From contig JAPEUD010000017.1 of NCBI GenBank assembly GCA_026026165.1, positions 310,001 to 374,000 of the forward strand: a stretch of 64,000 bases of DNA. Direction: 5' to 3'. The notes under the pieces were generated by a model, which had not been told where the DNA came from, ran no database searches, and saw nothing but the letters and a program-made list of their open reading frames with translations. The stretch comes from Sarea resinae. Taxonomy: Eukaryota. Of the stretch, positions 50,286-63,039 are shown piece by piece. The first letter of the stretch is position 1. Each line of letters begins with the position of its first letter. Made by a program: the position numbers and the translations under genes.

Positions 50286-52448
50286 TTAGAGATAGCTGTT
50301 ATCATGCCGTTCGCATTCGTTCTTTTCCTCCATGCCGCGGGCATTGAGCTGTAAGCGGCGGGTATAATGTAGGATCTTGTGGACGATGTAGGCGAGGATA
50401 GGCAGTCCGATGGCAATGGCCGCTATCTTTGGCATTGAGTCTCGAAGCTGGTCTCGAGAGAGAGACAGTGCGAGTGATGTGCTAGACGATCCGATCCCCG
50501 AGTGTACGTAATTGAGCAAATCCGGTAGTCTTAGAGAATAGGCAGCAAAAAAGGCTCCTTTTGATGTTAGGGCTGGGATACGGGTTGGAGAGGACGAACG
50601 TACCGGTAATAATAGCCACGTAGCCGGCCGCTTTTCTACTGGTCATACAGACGCCCACCAAGAGGACGACAAGCCAGCTCCACCTCCCCGCTACGCTGCC
50701 GAAGCTACCCAGTAGACTGAGGGACTTAAGCTTCGTTGCCGTCTCCTCGATTGTCTCTTGAAGATTCGCTGCTTTGGTCATGACCTGTGTGATGAGCGTC
50801 TCGGCGATACGAATATCCGTTTGAAGAGAATCGTGTAGACGGGATTGGAGCTCGGCTTGATGTAGTTGGGCGGCTGAGATGATTGCGGCACGTTCTTCGA
50901 TATTGCTAAACGTGAGATCGAGGTTTTCTAGGCGCTGTGAGGTGATTGTGTTAATGAAATAGGCCATATTTCCTGGGCATTGCCCACCTTATCCAACAAA
51001 TCCTGTCGTGAATGCAGGAAGCCCACTAGTTCGTTGGTCAATTGCTGGTATCTTATTAGCAAAGCTTTCAATTAGACGTGGAAAAGGTGCAGATACTAGC
51101 TTGCTATGGAGGCTCCCAAATGCCTTCAAAAGGCCTTGCATATCTCGACCTCGCATGGTTTCCAGAGAGGTCTGAACCTCTAAGACCAGATCGATTTCAT
51201 CTTGCCGGGCTTTCTGTTGGCTAGTTGTCACATCCACACTGCTCCGTAAGATCTCCTGAAAAGCCTGATTCAGGGCCTCGCGAATGCCATCTACCTTGTC
51301 GGCAGACTGGTTGATGTTCTGCTCAAATGCTTTCAATCAGCCATATCCTCGTCACCTAAATGACCATCCTTACCTCGTTCAAAGCGCCGAGATTGGCCTT
51401 CGCAATTTCACCTGCTGTCGAAAGCTGTACCGTCATTGACTGAAGAGCTGCTCCAAAGTCCCGGAAAATATGATCGAAGTAGCTACGAGTCCTGCTATTA
51501 AGAGACTCTAAAGTATGTAGTAGTCTTGTTTGAAGAGTATTGACCGCTTCAGCAAAATTTCTCTGCTTTTGAAGTTGCCGATTGGAGTTATTGACAGCAT
51601 CTGCGAGGGCGGCACTCGCATTAGAGGCTACTCCAGCCATGGACTTGTGTAATTCGATCAGTTCATCTTGTTGTTTCTTGTTAGTACGATGGAATTTGGC
51701 AGACTCAATTTCTTACCTTTTTCAACCCCAGTCCTCGCAGCCTGACACATGACAACGGCATTTTGTCTTGCATTGCTGTAACTGGTCCACCATTGTGGTC
51801 GAGACTCCAAGCTTTTGAGACACTGACGCAGATGTTTGTCATCGACGAGAGGATAAGGTACAATTTCACCACCAGTTGTTGTCAATGGACTGCCACCACC
51901 TGAGAAAAATCCGAACTTAGGCTTAGCCTTAGATTGGTGTGGAGGAATCATTGGTGAGCAGTTCGGCGGAACAGCTGTACCTGCTCCAAGGAGCTCACAC
52001 ACCGCAAGTCTTGCTGCATAAGTGGACTTGATCTCATCCAAGGTAGCTTCTGAACCCGAAACCAAAGGGCCCTCGTTTGGGGCCGAGCCCTCCAGAGACT
52101 GGCATGAGGTTAGAAGCGTAGCCGTAGCACGGCTGTAGCACGACGAAGCGCTCTTCATTGAATCCAGAAGCTTCATCGCCGCTCCAAAGACCTCGGGCTG
52201 ATGAGCATCTGAGGCTTGAATCAAAGACATTAGAGCTGCAGTGCCACGGCCATTAGCTTCTTGGCTGGCGCCGGATACGAGATCTAGTTGAACGTGATGT
52301 GAGAATTTGAAACATCAGCACTCTCAGTAAAGGGCTCTATATGCTTACTCTCCGCATTATGTTGCATCTTCAAGCCCATGGATAGATGGGCCAGGAGAAG
52401 TGACAATAGCACTTGAAGAAGAACATGGTGTCTGATGATGGCCATCAT
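50286..52448 (-). CDS. KAR5: Nuclear membrane fusion protein Kar5/Tht1 family, multi-exon
   Basis: Signal peptide; Cys-rich domain SCYSRA...SCQSL, YAARLAVCEL...PPNC, CLKSLESRPQWWTSYSNARQNAVVMCQAAR; long coiled coil; C-terminal TM segments. Confidence 0.88.
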
Positions 52449-53104
52449 GGGTAAATTCGAGCAGATGCAAAGCGGTTTGAAAAGCAGATAAAGTCAAAAG
52501 AGCAGGAATCAAATCAATAGACTGTCAAAGGCTGAAGAGGTTTATAAACGGGGCTAATGGGAAGGGAAATCATCAGGTTCGTCAGAATGCCGAAGAATAA
52601 AAAGGCCAAGAACAAGGAGGACAGATTCAATTGACGGTGGTACATGTGAGTCACGGAATAGACTGCTCGGCGACATTTGTATGAAGTTGAGCACCAGTCC
52701 TGTAGGGGCCAACACTGTCGCGGACGTCGCTCCTAAAGAAGGACAAATACAGCAGCAGACATAGCTCAAGAAGCCGAGTCCAGTTCTCATATTGGCAGAT
52801 ACGATTCAGGCATATGTAAACTCAATTGCTGTTATTTCCTAAGACATTTCAGGAGGATCATCTCACTCAATGGTAAATCTGGAAGACAACTTCGGGTGGA
52901 CTGTGACAATTAGCAATCATCGTTGTGTTTGTGGTTGTCCTTATTTGAGACGGGAGGACGCGGCTATTTGTTAAGCGCCATATCAGACGGGGTAGTTTTC
53001 AAGCGCGCAGTCACGTGCAGTCGGCAGAGCTCTCTTGACGAACTCTCGATGCTTGAGATTACGCTTTGCAACACAGTTCTTTTGCATCCACCCAGCCCTT
53101 TACA

Positions 53105-53983
53105 ATGTTTACCGTGGGCCGCCGCCGGTGCCTCCAGGAGGCTACAGCATTGGCATCGTCTTCGACAAGACTGCCCGGTTTTCTCGTCCCTGCCTTTGAA
53201 ACGGCGCCTGCACAGCGGCCCTTTTCTTCTTCGTCGCCATGCGCATCGCAGGTCGGAAAGGCGCCCCTGTCATTACCACCAGAGGTAACGATGCGTCTGC
53301 TGGACCCCCCTTCGTCGAAGAATCAGGGTCGAGTTTCTCGGTCCGAACCGAGCTCTACGGTAGAAATTGAGGGCCCATTGGGTATACCACACTCTCCTAT
53401 TACATATCTCGCAATATCAGAACTGACCTTGACCTCTAGGCAAGATGTCTCTGAAAATACCTCCGTTCCTCTCGATAGAGCAGGATGCGGAATCTAGAAG
53501 AGCGCTGTTAAAGGTTCAAGATCCAGAGATACGGCATCAGCGGGAGATGTGGGGTAGGCTTCGCCTCCAAGGTCGTTCGAATCGGAGTCTTTGCTAACTA
53601 GATCACCAGGTACAACTCGGGCATATCTACAAAATCATATACTTGGCGTTTCAGAAGGACATACTGCTATTCTACGTTTGGTCGGAGTGGGCTATCGAGC
53701 TACCGTCGAGCCTTCCGCTGTCACACTGTCCCCCGAGTATCCCGGCCAGCAATTTGTCTCGCTCAAGGTGGGGTTCTCTCACCCAGTCGAACTGGGAGTA
53801 CCCCTGGGAGTTAAAGCTAGCACGCCTCAGCCAACTCGAATTCTCCTCGAGGGAGTAGAGAAGGAAGTGGTCAATCAATTTGCAGCAAAGATCAGGATGT
53901 GGAGGAAACCAGAGCCATACAAAGGGAAAGGGATATTTGTTAACGGGGAGACCATAAAGCTGAAGGCAAAGAAAATCAAATAG
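53105..53983 (+). CDS. MRPL6: Mitochondrial ribosomal protein uL6m, 3 exons
   Basis: Presequence-like start; SQVGKAPL; VEIEGPLG; GVSEGH...LVGVGYRA; RKPEPYKGKGIF. Confidence 0.95.
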
Positions 53984-54079
53984 GCAATTGAAGACAGGGA
54001 AGCTTTTGTATTTTTATGTACCTAAGGTTGGAAGACGGGCATCGAGTCTATGGTTTTCAATAAAGACCCCATTAACGCT

Positions 54080-55318
54080 TCACTTGCTTCCAAGAACTGA
54101 TTTGACCACTTCGAGTACCTGCTCATGTACAGCCTTCGGAGCTGCTACAACTCCCTTGTTCTTGGCCAATGTCCTCCCTTGACTGAAATCTAGCCTGTTG
54201 CCTTCAGCATCGGTGACCTGACCTCCAGCTTCACGCACGATCAGGTCTCCTGCAGCATGATCCCAAATCTTCTCCTGGTAATTTTTTGTAACCGGGAGAC
54301 GTAGATATAGATCTCCCGCACCCCTGGCAATTGATCCATATTTGGCCTGTGAGTCCATGCGGACGCTCGGCTTAGTTATGCCCAGCCGCTTGGCAATGGC
54401 GGATTGGTCTCCATGGGAAGAATGGCCTGCTTCAACGCTCTCGCAAAAGGTTGCATGACTGATATCCGCCACAGCCTTCATCTGGATCGGTTGGCCAGAT
54501 TGCAGAGACCCTCGACTGAGAGGTCGGCTAGTGGCACCTTGGCCCTCAACAGCACTGAAGATGACTCCCTTGCCCTCTTCGTCGGTTTGGGATTCCCCAG
54601 CATCCGCCGAGAGCGGTATAGAGTCATCCACTGGAAGGTTGGGACACCCAAGAACGCCCACTTTGACATCCCCGTCGACAATCAGCGCGAGACAGACAGC
54701 GTATTGCCCGCCCCGGAGGAAGCCCTTGGTCCCGTCTATGGGGTCCAACGCCCATATCCTTCCCTTTGGTCCACCAGCACTATTACCCGCATCGATCGCA
54801 TCGAGCATCTCCTCCACACTTTTGACAGGACCCCCGAGCGTAGTCTCGGCCGCGCTGTCTTCGAGCCTTGCTTCCTTGACCAAGCCCCATATTTGCGACG
54901 TCAGGCTTTCATTCTCCCTCAGAGTACTTGCTTCCTCCTCGCCGACGATCTCATCTTGGGGGAAATTTTTGCGAATAGCCTGAATGATGAGAGCCTGCGC
55001 TCCAAAGTCGCCTATAGTGACAGGGGATTTGTCATCTTTAGATGCGGTACCCTTGGCCTTTTCATGAAACACCTGCTTGGTGAGGAGTGTTGCTCGTTGG
55101 ACAGCCAGCACAGCAACCTGTAACTCCTTCTCGTAAGATTTGGCCACCATGGCGGTTGAGTAAAGACGACTAAATGTAGGCTGGACGTGTCGAGAGAGAA
55201 GCGAAAGACGGGGTGAGAAGACGAGAACAGCGCTGAATGCCAGGATTACAGCAGATATGAAGACGAAAGACTTATGTGTATAGAAACTGTGCCATTGGGT
55301 AGATTGCTTCGTTTTCAT
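54080..55318 (-). CDS. MET22: 3'(2'),5'-bisphosphate nucleotidase Met22/Hal2 (alternative ATG near 55151)
   Basis: KDDKSPVTIGDFGAQA; IVGEE; WALDPIDGTKGFLRGGQYAV; RMDSQAKY; EKIWDHAAG. Confidence 0.96.
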   Translation of the reverse strand: MKTKQSTQWHSFYTHKSFVFISAVILAFSAVLVFSPRLSLLSRHVQPTFSRLYSTAMVAKSYEKELQVAVLAVQRATLLTKQVFHEKAKGTASKDDKSPVTIGDFGAQALIIQAIRKNFPQDEIVGEEEASTLRENESLTSQIWGLVKEARLEDSAAETTLGGPVKSVEEMLDAIDAGNSAGGPKGRIWALDPIDGTKGFLRGGQYAVCLALIVDGDVKVGVLGCPNLPVDDSIPLSADAGESQTDEEGKGVIFSAVEGQGATSRPLSRGSLQSGQPIQMKAVADISHATFCESVEAGHSSHGDQSAIAKRLGITKPSVRMDSQAKYGSIARGAGDLYLRLPVTKNYQEKIWDHAAGDLIVREAGGQVTDAEGNRLDFSQGRTLAKNKGVVAAPKAVHEQVLEVVKSVLGSK

Positions 55319-55640
55319 GAGTCTGTCTTGTCACGTAGGAATATGGCAGCTCCAGAGTGGAGGAGTGGGGACTGACTGATAGCCTGGAGGAGTACGAAGA
55401 CGGAGTACGTACTCCGCGGGCCCTGATCGACGTTATCTTAGCGCCGCAAAGTTCCGCAGCAGTGAATGTACAGAGTATTCATGGATGCATGCTTCGTACG
55501 GGCGGGCATACAGAAATGCATCCCATTACTGTTGGTGACTTGCTGGACAGCGCCAGAACTTGATTGCATCAAGAGCTCAACCCAAGACGAGATCTCGACA
55601 GGAAGTTCGATTGTTTCCAGTCGGTCACCGTCAGATCATC

Positions 55641-57214
55641 ATGGCGCATTCACTTCATTCAACGAAACGGAAGTTCCATAAACTGCTCGACTCCCTCACC
55701 AATAACAACAACTCCTCTACCAGTCTCCCGTCGAGCAGCCGGGCCAAAAATGCTTCTTCTGTCACTCTTCCTTCTCAATCGGAGCCTCACACCAAGAAAC
55801 AACGTGTAAGTCGGCCGACTTCATCTGGACAAACTTCATCGTCGTTACGTGGACATGCGGACAGTAATATCAGTGATTCTCGTCGAAGCAGCGATCGGCC
55901 AATGGTCGACAGAGAGAGGCCATCGCATTTTGCGCCTCTCGATCGCCGGCAATTCTTGGAGCGTCTGAAGACTTTTCGGTATGTTGACAAATGGTCTTCA
56001 AAACCCGAAGCGGTGAATGAAGTCCAATGGGCAAAAAGAGGGTGGATTTGTGTTGGCAAGGAGAGAGTGGGCTGTGTTGGTGGTTGTGGCCGGGAGGTGG
56101 TTGTCAAGCTCGAAAGACAGGAGAAACAGCCAGAAGAATCAACAGAAACGGAAGGAGCTGATTCAGATGATTGGGATACGGCAGTTGGTAAGGGGCTTGA
56201 ATGGCATTTTATTGAGGGCACACTAACGGATGTAAGATGAAGAGTTGACAGAGCGCTACGCTCAAATGATCATCAGTGGACATGATGTGTACTGCCTCTG
56301 GCGGAAACGTGGATGTGACGGTCAGAAAAATCCTTGAGTTGGTGTCACGCTCTTTCTCAGGCTAATTATGTATCGCAGATTCTATCTACCGTCTGTCCTT
56401 TGCCAACACATCCCACGCAGTTGCGGAACTACGCAAGCGGTACGAGTCCTTGGCAGCTATACAATCCGAAATGCCTACAACAGTATCAACTCCTTCCGAG
56501 TTTGATATCGCATCTGTATCACAGCTCCTCTCTGCTGATTTTTTCGGGGCGGCTGTGGACTCTTTGCAGTCGCACGATCCCAATCCTCAAGCAATGAGCT
56601 TAGCATTATTTGGTTGGCAAAGCGAAGCTGGCCATGTCAAAGGCCTGATCACATGTGATGCGTGCTTTCGAAGGTTGGGTTTATGGCTCTTCAAAGCAAA
56701 GAAGAGCTCGTCTACGAGCATAGCATCTGAAGAGGATGGTGATGCTGCCGCCATGAGCCGATTGGATGCCGTTGATGAACATCGTTACTATTGCCCGTGG
56801 ATAAACGCGACAACCCAGAACGGTAGTATGCAGTCGCGGAGGGCCGATACTTCGATCCCATATCTCGCTGGTTGGAAATTACTGCTACGGGCCTTGAAGA
56901 TCCCTCCACACCTTCACTCCGATTACATTGATCCCTCTGCTCTGTCTTCGGAGCCCGAAACACCGAGGCCCGACACAGCGAGCGATGCCGTCAGTACTGT
57001 CAGCACAGTCGGCACCCTGCAAACCGAAAGTAGGACTCTCCGAGATGCGAAGGACAAGGAGCGATGGGCTAAGGTGAAAAAGCTTCAGAGATCGTTTAAT
57101 CTGAAGCTGAAAAAGACGCCGAAGGTGAAAAGAGGCGACAAGGAAGGTGACGTGTTGTCCGAAAAGCACGCACCTGAGCCCAATAGAGAACCTGCAATTC
57201 ATTCTGCCAGCTGA
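55641..57214 (+). CDS. rsm1: C3HC zinc-finger / Rsm1 (NIPA/ZC3HC1-like) nuclear basket protein, 3 exons
   Basis: TKRKFHKLLDSL; FLERLKTF...WAKRGWIC...CVGGC; GHDVYCLWRKRGC; LALFGW...CDACFRRLGLW; EHRYYCPW. Confidence 0.9.
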
Positions 57215-57722
57215 TGTTCGGCTGTTGGATATTCTGCCAGGTCTGTTTTAAACGCGAAGCCGATGCTGTTGCGAGAGGTTTCATCTGGTCATGGGGGATT
57301 TTTCTTCAGTATCGCATGCGTGATACCCACTCAGTTTAGCTAGCTTTATAGATCTACGACTCTAGATATCCCCTAGCAGGCTGCAGCATAAGGTAAACAT
57401 CAAACGCTACGGATCATTTAGAGAGTAGCAATATAAAATGTGTAAGCCGTCTTGAGTGGACCGTCTATGTTTGGTTGCCTCTGGCAACGCCACCACCCGT
57501 GAACGTCGTTACTCCGTACATCTGGACGCCGGTCCGTAAACGACAGTCGCGATAGCAATCAGCCATCATTTCTACTACGACTGGGCCTTGGACCTCTCAG
57601 CTCGATAAAAATCATCCACCAGCTAACCCTCAAAGGTACGTGATATCCATCCTTCTTGATGCTGTTCTATTCAGAAAAAGTCCTTCTCCTGTTCTAAGCT
57701 TGCTTGCATCTTGCTTATCAGC

Positions 57723-60700
57723 ATGGACAACACTCAGTCTAGGTCCGGATTTCGCGAACGTGCGAAGAAACCACTGCGCCCCCGCAACACACTGCGATCG
57801 CATCAACCTCCAACTTTCACAGCGCAGATACCCTCCTCGCCGTCTGATAAATCCCGAAGTGACTTCAGCTTATCACCATATTCGAGTCCAGAGTCTGCTT
57901 TTACGTGCAGTACCGCGACTCGCAGCAATCGCCTCTATCCGCAGCTCAACACATCCCCAGAACTGCCATCACCACCCACTTTCGCTCCTCAGCAAATATT
58001 TCAGCCATCTGAGCTTGGTGATTCGAGTTCTCTTTTTTCAACTTCTAGCCCGGAGAGTCACTGGTCCGCCCTCGGCAAAGAAACGCAATCAGCTGGTTTC
58101 AAGAAACATCCAGAATTTGATTTTACATTCACCGCAGAGCAGAGCCCAAATCCACGATCTGCTCATGGTAGCACACACTCACGTTTATTAAATAAAGCCG
58201 CCAACCCTGAAGGCCAAGGTAGTTCGCAAGGCAGCAAAAGGCAGGAGAAGACCGTCTTCACCTTATCAGACGACCGGTCAAGCTCCCGTTCCGGAATACT
58301 CACCGATCAGGCCATCAACAGTAACGGCAAAGAAAAGCTGGTTTCCAACTTTGCCAAACCCAGATCTGACGTACCCCTGTTCTTTTGGCAGTCGTATGAG
58401 CCCTTCGAACGAGGTCTCTCATCGCATCTGATACCGGAGAGGAACCACTTTCGTAGCACAAGTACAATGGTCACAGAACGAGAGCCCCCAAAGGCTCCTC
58501 TTACCCCACATAAGCTAAACCAGCAGCCACAACGAACCCTTGAGCCAGAGTTCGGCAAAGCCAGTCCGCTACGGAATCCCTTGCAATCGAATGTATTCAA
58601 CATCCCCAAACCTCGCCAGGTACGACCGGAACATCATCGGCCACTTGCTCCTCCCAGCCAATTGTCCAATGATCAGCAGGTCCGCCCGGGGGGAGCAGTC
58701 TCTAACCAAGCACTGAAACGGCCGCAAGATCCTGATTTTTGGGAAATTCCCAGGCCTGCGAACGTTCCCGCTCCAACCACAAAACCTGTGGCGCAGCCCA
58801 CCTTTTCTTCCCTACCAGGGCAGAATCGTGGCTTTGCTCCCGTAAATCCATCAGGTAGAGCTACTAACATTATCGACCTCACAAAACCCATTAGCAGATA
58901 TGATCCGGATGATGTTTTGTTCGATAAGAGCTTTGGAGCTAGCGATCCTTTCGCCTACGTAGATACTACGAAAGCGAATGAGAATATCAAGGCTCTACTC
59001 GAAGGTGCTTTTGACGATGAGGATGATAAACCTAGGACTCGAAGTCAGAAGAAAAAGCGGGATGCCGCGGCAGACTTGCTTGCGGATAAGCTTGAGGGTC
59101 TAAGTGTCGCACCAGGCGCCACTGAAGGTGTGGACGAAGAAGATGAAGAGGAAGATGATGGAACAGTGGAAGGCCTAAGTGTCAAACTTTTGCCTCATCA
59201 AGTTGATGGTGTCGCCTGGATGAAAGATAAAGAAATAGGAACGAAGAAAAAAAATGGAGTATTGCCAAGGGGTGGTATTCTCGCCGACGATGTATGCTTG
59301 CAACGATCAGGTAGCACCTTCTGAGTACTGACAAAACATAGATGGGCCTCGGAAAAACCCTCCAATCTATTTCCCTGATCCTCACGAACCCTCTACCGTC
59401 GCCATTTGCCAACAAGGGCGACGAGAAGCGAAAATTTCCAACAGGAGTAGAAAAGTGTACTCTAGTCGTTGCTCCACTAGCGCTGATCAAGCAGTGGGAG
59501 GACGAGCTCAACAAACGCGTGCTGAGCTCCCATAAGCTCCGTGTCTGCGTACACCATGGTCCCCAGCGAACGAAACGTTTCCAGGATCTGAAACGCTATG
59601 ACGTTGTCATCACTACTTATCAAATTCTGGTCTCTGAATACGGGAATTCCTCCGATCATCCTGACGGATTGAAAACTGGTTGTTTTGGGCTTCACTGGTA
59701 TCGGGTCATCCTTGATGAAGCCCATACTATCAAGAACCGAAACGCCAAAGCTACTCAAGCTTGTTATGCACTTAAAGCGGAGTACCGTTGGTGTCTCACG
59801 GGAACACCGATGCAAAACAATCTCGACGAGCTTCAGAGCTTGATCAAGTTTTTGAGGATCAAACCTTACAATGACCTCGCTATCTGGAAAGAGCAGATTA
59901 CTAGGCCATTGAACAATGGTAGAGGCGGCGTGGCAATTAAGCGCCTACAGTACATCCTGAAGGCTTTCATGAAGCGTCGTACCAAAGCCATTTTGCTAGA
60001 GGAAGGAGCTCTGAATCCCGGAGGAAAGCCTACCGCTGAAGGGGAAAGCAATACAGGGTTCAAAATCACCAAGCGGCAAGTTGAAGAGGTGGTGACTGAG
60101 TTTACTCCGAGTGAACGTCAATTCTACGACCGCCTAGAACAGCGTACAGACCGAAGCCTTGAACAGATGATGGGTGGAGAAAAATTGAACTATGCCAGTG
60201 CTTTAGTGCTCTTACTTCGTCTTCGCCAGGCATGCAATCATCCTCAACTTGTCGGTGGTAATCTTTCTAAGGACCGCGACGCGCTTGCCACCAGCGGCAG
60301 CAACGATTGTCGAACTCCGCGGAAGCCTAAGCCTCTCGAGGGAAAAGCGGTAGATGATATTGCTGACATGCTTGGAGGATTGAGTGTCGTTGCAAAAAAA
60401 TGCGACGTCTGCCAAATCGAGCTAGAAAAGGAGGAAGTCTCTAATGGGGCTATAAGATGTTCTGAATGCGAAGACGACCTCTTGGTGCAGACAAAACCGA
60501 AGGAGAAGAAGAAGAAGCATCGAAAAGCTGCGGAATATGATCCTCGAGAAAGTGACCAAGCTTCACGTATCAGAAAGCATCGGCCGAGGGTGCTGGATAG
60601 TGATGATGAAGAAGAAGAAGCAGGCGAATGGATTGTTCCAGAGAAGCTCCGCCACGGACACAAAGATGAGCAAGCAGGTGGTACGGATGATGAGGATGCT

Positions 60701-61678
60701 GAAGGTGGTGGAGAATGGCTTTCATCAAACAACTCAGAAACGGAAGACGAGTCCAATTTAGGTCTTCCTGGGTCCCCCAAGCACGGCAAGGACACCGTCC
60801 GGACTGACACATCTGATGAAGAGTTGACGTCGGATGACGACGATACTGAGGAAGATCTATCATCCAGCGGAGAAGAAACCGCAAAATCTGGCTTGATGAT
60901 CTCTGCGAAGATACGCCGCCTCCTCTACATACTCAAAAAGGAGTGCGCGGAACACAAGTTCATCGTTTTCTCCGAATTTACATCTATGCTGGATCTAATT
61001 GAGCCCTTCATGAAGCGAAATGGCATATCATTCACACGGTATGACGGCGGGATGAAGAACGAACTCCGTGAGGCCAGTCTCGAACGACTTCGAAACGATA
61101 AGAAGACTCGCGTTCTCCTTTGCAGTCTCAAGTGTGGCTCCCTGGGCTTGAACTTGACTGCAGCTACGAGAGTGGTCATCCTCGAGCCATTTTGGAACCC
61201 TGTAAGCAAACCCGGTGCTCTCTGAGTATTGCTTGGTACTAACTTTCTGGCCTAGTTCATCGAAGAGCAAGCCATAGATCGTGTTCACCGCCTCACACAG
61301 ACCATCGACGTGGTCGTCTACAAGATCACGGTCAAGGATACTGTCGAAGAGCGTATCCTGCAGTTGCAGGAAAAGAAGAGAGAGCTCGCCAATGCGGCCA
61401 TTGAAGGAAAGGGTGCAGCCAAACTCAGCATGAACGATATCATGCATCTGTTCCGACGGGACGCCGAGACGTACGATGATGGCTCGGGCCATGCCTTTGG
61501 CACCAAGACGTCGATCCTTGCCGCGCCTTCTAGCAGCTCAGCGTCCTTGAGCCGCGAGGAACGTGACTCGCAGGGGCGGAGAAAGTCACCATCGGTGATG
61601 GAGAGGACTCGAGTCGCGAGTGGTGGGATGAAACCGCGCGCTTCTCAAGAGGACTCGGTGTTTGGTCGGCGCTGGTAG
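57723..61678 (+). CDS. SNF2-family ATPase (Rad5/Rad16/Uls1/TTF2-like), 3 exons
   Basis: [84 protein letters not shown]. Confidence 0.93.
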
Positions 61679-62472
61679 ATGCTCCTCGACCAGATGCTAA
61701 GTGCTTATGTTCATGGGACGACGAAGGCATGTGGGCGTTTTAGAAGGTCCCCTGATGGGAGGAATTTGGTCTGGGTTGGCATGGGCATAGCACTCTCTCG
61801 GTTCTTCTCCACGAGGGTATCAACAGCTTCTCAAGTATTGTGGTACGACAGGCATTAATGAAGATTTCATATTCTGGTATCTGGACCTGCCCGGGGAGGT
61901 TCCCGTTCCCTTGAAGCTCCGGCTCCTGCTACGGAGTTCTCGAAATGTATTCGAAGTACGTACTCGGCAGTACGCCCAATTGCGTAGATGCAGGCATACT
62001 ATGTACCATGTAGGTCGGTAAGAGTGACGACTGTGACGTCACCCATTGCTGCTCACCTTCAGTACTCCAGTAGAGTAGGTATGAGGTATGCAGTGCACCT
62101 TCCCCTCGGCCTTCCAATTCCTTCCGGATCCGCCATCCATCGGCAAGAGTACCCGTTCAATGTCCTGTCACTTCTTCGACGTAAGGTAGCCGACTACAGT
62201 ACAACTTGGTGCTCTACAGCATACCTCATCTTTCGGGACTGCTGCTACTGTCACCCACCTATCCTTCCAACTCTTATATCCATTGTCAACGGCACATAGC
62301 ACCGGACACTTTCCTCAGCTCGAATTGACCCCTTTCTCAGTCTTCTTCTCACAGGTACGGACGAGGAAACCCTGCCAAAGAGCCAAGGCCAAAGACATTG
62401 TGATCGCTGACAATCGGGAATCTGACGCTTTCAGATCTCCATTCCCATATCCCCATCAACCACATCGCCATC

Positions 62473-63039
62473 ATGATCTCCTCAACCTCGAGAAGACTCT
62501 TAAGCCAAGCCTCGCGCACCCCCCGCCGCTTCCTCGCGAGCAGCCAGCCGGCGAACTTGGCACGACCTTTTCACGCATCCTCGCGCTCCTGCCATCCCCG
62601 AAAAGACGACCAGGACCGAAACAGCATCAACACGGAATCGACCGAGTACAGCAAGACGGGATCGGATGCCGAGTCGGCTCACATGGACGATGCCGCCTAC
62701 AATCCCAAGAAGACGGATCCGGGCTCGGAGCTCCACAGTGCGGACAAGGAGAGCGGGGTACGGGAATCTGAATCCAGCGTCGGTTGACCTGCTCTTGCAC
62801 GCGTCTTCCCCCCCATTGCTGCCACTTTGGGGCCTCTGTTTCGCACGCTGGATTTGCTGACTCGTGTCTTGCTTTTTGACCTCTAGGCTGAGCCGAACCC
62901 CCTCGATGTCAGCCCGGCCAATCCAGAAGTCTCCAAGCAGAGAGATCCCACTGAAGGCGGGGCAGAGAGTGGAACCGCGAACGAGAGAGGGAGGTCGAGC
63001 GGGAGAGGAAGCCCGGCGAAAGGAAAGGATACGAAATGA
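62473..63039 (+). CDS. Small hydrophilic protein with mitochondrial-type presequence, intron 62758-62886
   Basis: Arg/Ser-rich N-terminus ending RPFHASS; SINTESTEYSKTGSD...AAYNP..TDP; NPLDVSPANPEVS after the splice. Confidence 0.8.

Noticed and set aside
7944..61678. Apparent enrichment of ubiquitin-proteasome genes (CUE/Smr, Ufd4, two F-box-like genes, Pre9, Rsm1/NIPA)
   Set aside because: These classes are common and are interspersed with unrelated housekeeping genes; no evidence of a cluster.
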